From a virus (lineage: Duplodnaviria > Heunggongvirae > Uroviricota > Caudoviricetes), in the IMG/VR virus record IMGVR_UViG_2690316148_000008: a DNA stretch of 8,412 nt; one strand, written 5' to 3'. Both the position numbers and the translations under genes were made by a program. Below the pieces are notes generated by a model. It had not been told where the DNA came from and ran no database searches. It saw only the letters and a list, made by a program, of their open reading frames with translations. Position 1 is the first letter of the stretch. Every line of letters starts with the position of its first letter. Below are positions 1 through 5,306 of this stretch, in pieces.

Positions 1-31
1 TGGTAGTGTCCGCTATTGCCAGTACACCTCA
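1..31. repeat. Left arm of 31-bp terminal inverted repeat (partner 8382-8412)
   Basis: tggtagtgtccgctattgccagtacacctca is the exact reverse complement of the last 31 bases of the window; identity stops immediately beyond. Confidence 0.9.
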
Positions 32-116
32 GGGTATAAGGGGTTATGGCCACCGGACTACCAAACGGCTGCCAGCCCTCTTTCAGTTTATGTGTCAGCT
101 TTTCCGCAAGATCTGA
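1..116 (+). CDS. Short ORF fragment beginning at the window edge (ATG completed by one base outside the window); first 10 codons identical to the N-terminus of the right-edge ORF, then diverges; stop TGA at 114-116
   Basis: Manual translation in frame 3 gives (M)VVSAIASTPQGIRGYGHRTTKRLPALFQFMCQLFRKI*; bases 1-31 are the exact reverse complement of 8382-8412. Likely a recombination or assembly remnant rather than a functional gene. Confidence 0.25.
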   Translation, partial: VVSAIASTPQGIRGYGHRTTKRLPALFQFMCQLFRKI

Positions 117-351
117 CGGCGGCGCCGCCCTGACAACATCATAGTGTTTAAATGCCATGGTTCTTTCCACCATCTGAAAAATAATTCTTTAAAATACCTG
201 ACATGTAATACAGAAAAAACACAAAACCATACCTTAAATAAAAACCTGATTATCAAGCAGATATGCATGGATAAACTACAAGACGAGATATAAACCACCC
301 TGCATTTAAATAAACAATAAACAACATCAGAAAAATAATTCTGCTCTATGG

Positions 352-380
352 TTTACATTCAAAAATATCATTTATACTTT
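352..380 (+). promoter_or_regulatory. Candidate sigma70 promoter for the 111-aa ORF (TTTACA at 352-357, 17-nt spacer, TACTTT at 375-380)
   Basis: Hexamer match by eye in AT-rich DNA upstream of ORF 419-754; SD-like AAGGA at 408-412, 6 nt before the ATG. AT-rich sequence yields many promoter-like hexamers, so this is weak. Confidence 0.3.
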
Positions 381-418
381 TCAGAACATCACCAGCAAGG
401 CATAAACAAGGAAACTAA

Positions 419-754
419 ATGAAGTGGATTGTGATTGATACAGTTATCCAGCCATCATGCGGAATATCTTTTTCAGTCATATGGAGTAAAATAAAATTAA
501 TAATCTGGTATCAATCGGATGCTTTCTTACCTCCTGAAAGTATATTTACACTGACTCACACAGGCATCATGCTCAATAACAAAGTGCTACCTGTAACCAT
601 TTACAACGTAGTACCATTCAATAAAACATTCTGGAATTTAATCAAAAACAGCCAGGAATGCCCTACAAATACAGATAACGTATTGAATGAATGCTTTAAT
701 AACCGTTGCACTCTGCAAATATGTCCTTATGGACTAAAACAACAAAGTCCATAA
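419..754 (+). CDS. Hypothetical 111-aa protein in a low-GC island; five Cys, three in the C-terminal 30 residues; no obvious signal peptide; no family recognised
   Basis: Open frame of 111 codons in very AT-rich DNA, where stop codons are frequent by chance; AAGGA Shine-Dalgarno 6 nt upstream; perfect 9-bp hairpin 35 nt downstream; convergent with the phage late operon. Confidence 0.5.
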   Translation: MKWIVIDTVIQPSCGISFSVIWSKIKLIIWYQSDAFLPPESIFTLTHTGIMLNNKVLPVTIYNVVPFNKTFWNLIKNSQECPTNTDNVLNECFNNRCTLQICPYGLKQQSP

Positions 755-788
755 GGAGTTTACTCACATCTGACAAAATCAATATAAA

Positions 789-810
789 CAGCCCCTCCGG
801 AGAGGGGCTG
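789..810. terminator. Perfect 9-bp stem / 4-nt loop hairpin (cagcccctc-cgga-gaggggctg); on the minus strand it is followed by a U-rich tract, on the plus strand it follows the 111-aa ORF
   Basis: Inverted repeat read directly; complement of 781-788 gives UUUAUAUU after the stem on the minus strand. Possibly a bidirectional terminator between convergent units. Confidence 0.5.
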
Positions 811-1005
811 GAGAGTGGCGCTATGTGCCATTGCATGGTGCCGGGTGCCTCCCGGTGAATTCAGTACCAGCACCTGAATCCGCGATTATCCCATATACCT
901 ACTCGCTGATTGCCCCTCCGCACAGGGGGATTCACCATGCCAGTTTCTTTTAACAAACTCCCCGCAAAACAGACAACTGTCAACCGTCTGAATTGTGAGA
1001 CATTT

Positions 1006-1031
1006 AAAAAAAAGGCCCGCAAAAGCGAGCC
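1006..1031 (-). terminator. Rho-independent terminator downstream of the tRNA cluster
   Basis: Minus strand reads GGCUCGC-UUUU-GCGGGCC followed by 8 U (A-run 1006-1013 on plus); stem 1014-1031 with one mismatch; 15 nt beyond the 3' end of the last tRNA. Confidence 0.6.
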
Positions 1032-1045
1032 AGGGAAAATAAGTG

Positions 1046-1122
1046 TGGCGCGTTGTACTGGATTCGAACCAGTGACCGATTGCTTAGAAGGCAATTGCTC
1101 TGTCCGGCTGAGCTAACAACGC
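1046..1122 (-). tRNA. argO: tRNA-Arg (anticodon UCU), 77 nt, encoded CCA
   Basis: Manual cloverleaf: acceptor GCGTTGT/ACAACGC, D-stem GCTC/GAGC, anticodon stem ATTGC/GCAAT with loop CTTCTAA, T-arm ACTGG-TTCGAAT-CCAGT, discriminator G, CCA. Symbol follows the ileZ-argN-argO arrangement recalled from lambdoid/Stx phages. Confidence 0.85.
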
Positions 1123-1135
1123 ATGATGCAGATAA

Positions 1136-1212
1136 TGGACCGCCATCGGGGACTTGAACCCCGCGCAGCCAGCTTCGAAGGCTGGCGCTCTTTCCTGATG
1201 AGCTAATGGCGG
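1136..1212 (-). tRNA. argN: tRNA-Arg (anticodon UCG), 77 nt, encoded CCA
   Basis: Manual cloverleaf: acceptor CCGCCAT/ATGGCGG (unusual C1-G72), D-stem GCTC/GAGC, anticodon stem CCAGC/GCTGG with loop CTTCGAA, T-arm CGGGG-TTCAAGT-CCCCG. Exact 5' end is uncertain by 1 nt. Confidence 0.75.
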
Positions 1213-1219
1213 TATGTGA

Positions 1220-1295
1220 TGGTGGCCCTTGCTGGATTTGAACCAGCGACCTGGCGATTATGAGTCGCTCGCTCTCACCACTGAGCTAAAGGGCC
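1220..1295 (-). tRNA. ileZ: tRNA-Ile2-like (anticodon CAU, presumably lysidine-modified to read AUA; Met cannot be excluded from sequence alone), 76 nt
   Basis: Manual cloverleaf: acceptor GGCCCTT/AAGGGCC, D-arm GCTC-AGTGGTGA-GAGC, anticodon loop CTCATAA, T-arm GCTGG-TTCAAAT-CCAGC, discriminator A, CCA; overall resembles my recollection of E. coli ileX. Confidence 0.8.
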
Positions 1296-1335
1296 GGGAG
1301 CCGCATAATAACGACGCGTAATTAATTCTTCAATA

Positions 1336-2394
1336 TCATCCGTTCTGGCTGACTAAATCCTGTACTTCCCGAACCGTCTGCTCAAAACGTTCAGTCTCCA
1401 GCTCAACGCCAATTGCACGACGCCCGAGCGCCAGTGCCGCTTTCACTGTCGAACCCAACCCCATGAAAAAATCTGCAATCAGGTCACCCGGACGACTGCT
1501 AGCGCTGATTATCTGCTGCAGCATTTCTGCCGGTTTTTCGCACGGATGTTTCCCGGGATAGAACTGCACCGGTTTATGCGTCCACACATCGGTATACGGC
1601 ACCTGCACCGTCACGCCAAAATACCGCCGCAGATGTTTATATTCACTCAGCAGCTCCGCATACTGCCGGTTCAGTGAGGTATACGTATCCACCAGCTGGT
1701 GGTGGAGCTTTTCCAGTTCACCACGCCGATGCTTCTCTTCTGCCACCCGGGCAAACAGCGCCTGTAATTTCAGATAATCGCTTTCATTCGGCAACTGCCA
1801 CTGACCGGCACTGAACCAGTGCGACACCATGTTTTTCTTTCCTGTGGCATCTGCAATCTGTTTTGCCGTTATCCCCAGGGCAGCTCGCGCATCACGAAAG
1901 TAAGAAATCAGCGGGGCCATCACATGCTGTTTCAGTGCACTGCCCTTCGCCGCATACCCGGCATCTTTCGGACGATACGGCCCCTGATAATGTTCCGCGA
2001 ACAGAATGCGCTCTGTGGCGGGGAAATACGCCCGCAGGCTTTCCTTGTTGCATCCGTTCCAGCGTCCGGACGGCTTCGCCCAGATAATATGGTTCAGCAC
2101 ACTGAAGCGTTCACGCATCATGATTTCGATATCAGATGCCAGGCGATGACCACAGAACAGGTAAAGACTTCCGGCAGGTTTCAGCACCCGCCAGAACTGC
2201 GCCAGACACTGGTCCAGCCACTTCAGGTAATCATCGTCGCCCTTCCACTGGTTATCCCAGCCCTCAGGCTTCACTTTAAAGTACGGCGGGTCCGTGACTA
2301 TCAGGTCAACAGAATTTTCGGGTAACGACCGGATAAATTCCAGGCAGTCGGCGTTGATTAACTCACAACTGGATATTTTTACAGTATTAAGCAT
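1336..2394 (-). CDS. Orphan DNA methyltransferase, beta-class N6-adenine/N4-cytosine type (motif IV DPPY near the N-terminus, motif I FxGxG near the C-terminus)
   Basis: 352-aa ORF; VTDPPY early and FFMGLGST late is the motif order of beta-class amino-MTases (N6_N4_Mtase family); no restriction endonuclease partner is visible in the window. Confidence 0.85.
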   Translation of the reverse strand: MLNTVKISSCELINADCLEFIRSLPENSVDLIVTDPPYFKVKPEGWDNQWKGDDDYLKWLDQCLAQFWRVLKPAGSLYLFCGHRLASDIEIMMRERFSVLNHIIWAKPSGRWNGCNKESLRAYFPATERILFAEHYQGPYRPKDAGYAAKGSALKQHVMAPLISYFRDARAALGITAKQIADATGKKNMVSHWFSAGQWQLPNESDYLKLQALFARVAEEKHRRGELEKLHHQLVDTYTSLNRQYAELLSEYKHLRRYFGVTVQVPYTDVWTHKPVQFYPGKHPCEKPAEMLQQIISASSRPGDLIADFFMGLGSTVKAALALGRRAIGVELETERFEQTVREVQDLVSQNG

Positions 2395-2486
2395 GGATCA
2401 TTAAGCCTGTCTCTGATAGGCTCATTCTGCTTTTGCGCAAAGCAGTGGGCCTGAGGTTTGCTTGTGAACCCAACGCATGAGCAGAT

Positions 2487-2517
2487 GGCTGGTGGGTGCC
2501 CCTAACACCCACCAGCC
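2487..2517. other. Perfect 12-bp stem / 7-nt loop hairpin (ggctggtgggtg-cccctaa-cacccaccagcc) in the methyltransferase leader; each arm contains a Chi octamer
   Basis: Inverted repeat read directly; GCTGGTGG at 2488-2495 (plus) and its complement at 2509-2516. Confidence 0.6.
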
Positions 2518-2530
2518 GCCCATTTACCAC

Positions 2531-2558
2531 AAATAAAAAAGCCTTCACTGCGGAAGGC
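2531..2558 (-). terminator. Rho-independent terminator (stem gccttc/gaaggc, loop actgcg, then UUUUUUAUUU on the minus strand)
   Basis: Hairpin 2541-2558 and A-run 2531-2540 on plus; the stop codon of the 65-aa ORF (2545-2547) lies inside the stem. Confidence 0.6.
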
Positions 2559-2742
2559 GTCTGTAACAACCGAACTGATAGTCTGCCAGACCCGCCATAA
2601 CCAGCTGGGTCAGTATTAACTGGCAGCGTTCGCGTGAAAGGTAAGTATTCTGCGCTATCTCCCCGACTGTCGCCGGTTCGGTAACGCTTAATTCATTAAA
2701 CACCACTCTGGCGGTTTCTGTCATATCCTGCTGTTTTAGCAT
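2545..2742 (-). CDS. Small (65 aa) putative helix-turn-helix DNA-binding protein
   Basis: AAGGA Shine-Dalgarno 6 nt upstream of the ATG; HTH-like segment TVGEIAQNTYLSRERCQLILTQL; sits between the late promoter/terminator and the methyltransferase. The terminator overlapping its 3' end keeps the coding call uncertain. Confidence 0.45.
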   Translation of the reverse strand: MLKQQDMTETARVVFNELSVTEPATVGEIAQNTYLSRERCQLILTQLVMAGLADYQFGCYRRLPQ

Positions 2743-2860
2743 GTCTTTTCCTTTTCCGGTTAACGTGACACACCAATAACTCTTGTCGAAAAAGCCAGCA
2801 AGCTGAAAGACAGGTATTCACCGCCACCAGCGCGTTTACTGTACTGACGCGATTTCAGTC

Positions 2861-2886
2861 ATAAAAAACCCGCTCGGCGGCGGGTT
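2861..2886 (-). terminator. Candidate tR'-like rho-independent terminator about 40-65 nt downstream of the pR'-like start
   Basis: Minus strand reads AACCCGC-CGCCGA-GCGGGUU followed by UUUUAU; 7-bp stem read directly. Confidence 0.55.
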
Positions 2887-2918
2887 GTAGAAACTCTTCT
2901 AACGTCAGGCATAAAACG

Positions 2919-2961
2919 CCCATCGTTATGACGAATTTACCACAGATTCCGGAAAAATCAA
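2919..2961 (-). promoter_or_regulatory. pR'-like Q-dependent late promoter: -35 TTGATT (2956-2961), 16-nt spacer, -10 TAAATT (2934-2939), then AACGATGGG (2927-2919) matching the lambda pR' sigma-dependent pause element as I recall it
   Basis: Hexamers and pause-like element read on the minus strand immediately downstream of the Q stop codon (2967); arrangement parallels lambda pR'. Confidence 0.6.
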
Positions 2962-2966
2962 CCTTG

Positions 2967-3623
2967 TTACCTAGTTACCTTTTTTAACTGCCGCTCAGCC
3001 CATGCTTCTTCAATATCAAACCGGGTCACCAGCGCATCATAAAATTTCTTAACTGTTTTTTCCCATGACGCGCGTGTTATCTGGTTTGTCACCTCGCATA
3101 TAGCATTAAATGCCTCCGTTGATGGTAGTCTTTCATAGCCACGACCACCACAACGCTGGCAGTCTCTGATAACAGGCATACCACGTTTTACCGACTCTTC
3201 ACGATGAATGGCGACACCACGCCCACGGCAATCCTTACAGGCGGTGGAAACCTCACCCTTTCCGCCACACTCCGGACAGGCAACTTTTACCACCTCTCTG
3301 ACTTTTTTCCATTCTTCCCAGTAAGACGGATACACACCTTTCGTACACTTTGCCCATACCGGCGGCTTACCATCCGGATACTGGACCTTGTTTGTAAAAA
3401 CTACGCTTTCAATAAATTTTTCCCCATAGCAACAAGGGCACTGCTTTTTACTCGCTGCGCTGCGGGCATAATCCTCAAAAGCGTACGAAGCCATAATGCG
3501 CATCACTACCGGTTTTATTTCTGCCGGAAGTTTTCTCAACGCCGCCACACGATCGCACCGACTGAGTGCATAATCTGCCAGTAATTCTGTTGCCCGCGCC
3601 CTGTCATTCATACTGATGCCCAT
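2967..3623 (-). CDS. Q: Antitermination protein Q, lambda-Q family, copy 1: carries the true C-terminus; the frame stays open upstream to the N at 3650, so it is 5'-truncated at the junction
   Basis: 218-aa ORF with CPCC...CPECGG...CKDCRGRG...CQRCGGRG zinc-ribbon motifs and a C-terminus (YDALV...VTR) resembling lambda Q from memory; followed by a pR'-like promoter. Confidence 0.75.
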   Translation of the reverse strand: MGISMNDRARATELLADYALSRCDRVAALRKLPAEIKPVVMRIMASYAFEDYARSAASKKQCPCCYGEKFIESVVFTNKVQYPDGKPPVWAKCTKGVYPSYWEEWKKVREVVKVACPECGGKGEVSTACKDCRGRGVAIHREESVKRGMPVIRDCQRCGGRGYERLPSTEAFNAICEVTNQITRASWEKTVKKFYDALVTRFDIEEAWAERQLKKVTR

Positions 3624-4257
3624 TTTCCCCAGGAACGCAGAAAACCCCANAATTTCTTAACTGTTTTTTCCCATGACGCGCGTGTTATCTGGTTTGTCAC
3701 CTCGCATATAGCATTAAATGCCTCCGTTGATGGTAGTCTTTCATAGCCACGACCACCACAACGCTGGCAGTCTCTGATAACAGGCATACCACGTTTTACC
3801 GACTCTTCACGATGAATGGCGACACCACGCCCACGGCAATCCTTACAGGCGGTGGAAACCTCACCCTTTCCGCCACACTCCGGACAGGCAACTTTTACCA
3901 CCTCCCTGACTTTTTTCCATTCTTCCCAGTAAGACGGATACACACCTTTCGTACACTTTGCCCATACCGGCGGCTTACCATCCGGATACTGGATCTTGTT
4001 TGTAAAAACCTCGCTTTCAATAAATTTTTTTCCGTGACAGCAGGGGCACTGTTTTTTGCTCGCCGCGCTACGGGCATAATCTTCAAACGCATACGAAGCC
4101 ATAATACGCATCACTGCCGGTTTTATTTCTGCCGGGAGTTTTCTTAACGCCGCCACGCGATCACACCGACTGAGTGCATATTCTGTCAGCAATTCTGTTG
4201 CCCGCTCTCTGTCATTCATACTAATGCCCATTTTCCCAAGGAACGCAGAAACCCCCA
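3043..4257. repeat. Two diverged direct copies of a ~607-bp Q segment (3043-3649 and 3651-4257) joined at a single N (3650)
   Basis: Manual alignment: the two units are near-identical over roughly the first 300 bp (about 1 difference seen) and clearly more divergent over the rest, with substitutions and 1-nt indels. Confidence 0.85.
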
Positions 4258-4396
4258 TCTCAGCCCGATTCTGTGTCATGCCCTGCGCGGCCATCACATC
4301 AGTGATACTCAGCGCATCTTTCGACGTTGAGGCCGATGCATCAGTCAGGCCGGGGGATTTTGGGGAGTAGTATTTCGGTAAATCTTCCAGTTTCAT
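3608..4396 (-). CDS. Q: Antitermination protein Q, lambda-Q family, copy 2: carries the true N-terminus; homology-supported coding is 3651-4396, and the ORF tail 3608-3649 is a frameshifted read-through across the N at 3650
   Basis: 262-aa ORF; N-terminus MKLEDLPKYYSPKSP...DVMAAQGM resembles lambda Q; same Cys motifs as copy 1; start codon overlaps the rusA stop (ATGA). Confidence 0.75.
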   Translation of the reverse strand: MKLEDLPKYYSPKSPGLTDASASTSKDALSITDVMAAQGMTQNRAEMGVSAFLGKMGISMNDRERATELLTEYALSRCDRVAALRKLPAEIKPAVMRIMASYAFEDYARSAASKKQCPCCHGKKFIESEVFTNKIQYPDGKPPVWAKCTKGVYPSYWEEWKKVREVVKVACPECGGKGEVSTACKDCRGRGVAIHREESVKRGMPVIRDCQRCGGRGYERLPSTEAFNAICEVTNQITRASWEKTVKKXWGFLRSWGKWASV

Positions 4397-4767
4397 TTTT
4401 TGACCTGCTCTTCATGCATTATGGGGTAAATCTTCACCCCCAGACGTCCACCAGATACTGGCTGACCACGAACGATATTGATTTCATCAAACTGCTCATC
4501 GTCCATTAACACTCCCGCATGTGTCAGTGCATCCAGTGGTGCTTTCAGGATATTGTCCAGGTCACGACGGCGCTTATCCGGTGGCTCTGCAATAATCTTT
4601 ATCGCCAGTCTTCCGGACAGGCTTAATTTCAGTCGCTGCTGACGGACAATAAGCGCCACATCCCGGCGATAACGCTCACCGGCTTTTGATACAAAATATG
4701 TGTTGTCACGACGTCGCCAGTAAGTATTCACCGTCGGCGGATAAGGTAAAATAAACTCATGGCGCAT
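4393..4767 (-). CDS. rusA: Crossover junction endodeoxyribonuclease RusA (Holliday junction resolvase)
   Basis: 124-aa ORF with RusA-like pattern LPYPPTVNTYWRRR...RRRDLDN...SGGR; stop overlaps the Q start (ATGA); start overlaps the stop of the upstream 85-aa ORF. Confidence 0.85.
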   Translation of the reverse strand: MRHEFILPYPPTVNTYWRRRDNTYFVSKAGERYRRDVALIVRQQRLKLSLSGRLAIKIIAEPPDKRRRDLDNILKAPLDALTHAGVLMDDEQFDEINIVRGQPVSGGRLGVKIYPIMHEEQVKK

Positions 4768-5024
4768 CAGCGCAGCACCTCCTGCACCAGTTTTTCAAAC
4801 TTTCCGACTCTGGTTTCCAGCTCTGCCACACAGTCCACCAGCTCATCTACTGCTTTCTGTGCGCGATGCTTCGCCTGCATCAGTTCCCGAAGCGCGGGTA
4901 CCATATCTTTACGGATAGCGTCTTTTGTTATGCCCGTTTTTTCGAGTTGTTCAGCATGACGCAGCATTTCCTGCGCGTGTTTACGCAATTGTTCAGGGGT
5001 AAAAGTCATTGTCTGGTTGTTCAA
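4767..5024 (-). CDS. Hypothetical small phage protein (85 aa from a TTG start with GGAG SD 8 nt upstream; in-frame ATG at 5009 would give 80 aa); N-terminus resembles the 114-aa ORF at 7639-7983
   Basis: Open frame; MTFTPEQLRKHAQEM is similar to [16 protein letters not shown] in ORF 7639-7983; 1-nt stop/start overlap with rusA. Confidence 0.55.
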   Translation of the reverse strand: MNNQTMTFTPEQLRKHAQEMLRHAEQLEKTGITKDAIRKDMVPALRELMQAKHRAQKAVDELVDCVAELETRVGKFEKLVQEVLR

Positions 5025-5076
5025 AAGAAACGCTCCATCTTACTGCTGTCAGTTCGTTTATTACTGTATCTGCGCG

Positions 5077-5143
5077 NNNNNNNNNNNNNNNNNNNNNNNN
5101 NNNNNNNNNNNNNNNNNNNNNNNNNNNNNNNNNNNNNNNNNNN
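5077..5143. other. Assembly gap (67 N)
   Basis: Run of n characters; separates the 5' UTR of the 85-aa ORF from a truncated second rusA copy. Confidence 0.95.
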
Positions 5144-5306
5144 TTCCGGACAGGCTTAATTTCAGCCGCTGCTGGCGAACAATAAGCGCCACTGCCCGGC
5201 GATAACGCTCCCCGGCTTTTGATACAAAATATGTGCTGCCACGACGACGCCAGTAAGTGTTCACCGTCGGCGGGTAAGGTAAAACAAATTCTATGCGCTC
5301 GGTCAT
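5144..5306 (-). pseudogene. rusA: 5' fragment (about 54 codons) of a second, diverged rusA copy, truncated by the N gap
   Basis: Encodes MTERIEFVLPYPPTVNTYWRRRGSTYFVSKAGERYRRAVALIVRQQRLKLSLSG; nucleotide sequence clearly similar to 4610-4767 (roughly 90% by eye); start lies 1 nt after the DUF968 stop. Confidence 0.7.

Noticed and set aside
117-129. Perfect 12-bp palindrome GGCGGCGCCGCC at 118-129 as a terminator or operator
   Set aside because: No loop and no flanking U-run, so it is not a convincing terminator; it may be a protein-binding palindrome, but with no partner gene evidence it is noted only.
95-298. 67-aa minus-strand ORF 95-298
   Set aside because: Compositionally implausible translation (Cys/Phe/Leu-rich, Arg run) and no Shine-Dalgarno.
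835-1005. Possible fourth tRNA or tRNA remnant between the two terminators
   Set aside because: No T-arm (GTTCGAATC-like) or acceptor-stem pairing could be built by hand; only short inverted repeats.
816-1005. stxA/stxB or remnants downstream of the tRNA cluster
   Set aside because: No open frame of appropriate size or orientation between the tRNAs and the AT-rich island; the region holds only hairpins and the opposite-strand 111-aa ORF.
861-1116. ORFs 861-1094 (minus) and 910-1116 (plus) from the six-frame track
   Set aside because: They overlap the tRNA-Arg gene and its terminator and have no ribosome-binding site; chance open frames in GC-rich structured DNA.
1819-2325. Plus-strand ORFs 1819-2325 and 1863-2087
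   Set aside because: Antisense to the well-supported methyltransferase gene; typical shadow ORFs.
2387-2569. 60-aa minus-strand ORF 2387-2569
   Set aside because: Overlaps the methyltransferase start, the 12-bp hairpin and the terminator in another frame; no Shine-Dalgarno.
3204-4147. Plus-strand ORFs 3204-3584 and 3812-4147 and minus-strand ORF 3895-4092
   Set aside because: Antisense or alternate-frame shadows within the two Q copies; they are duplicated only because the underlying DNA is duplicated.
4327-4959. Plus-strand ORFs 4327-4509 and 4759-4959
   Set aside because: Antisense to rusA and to the 85-aa ORF; low-complexity Ser/Thr-rich translation typical of a non-coding frame.
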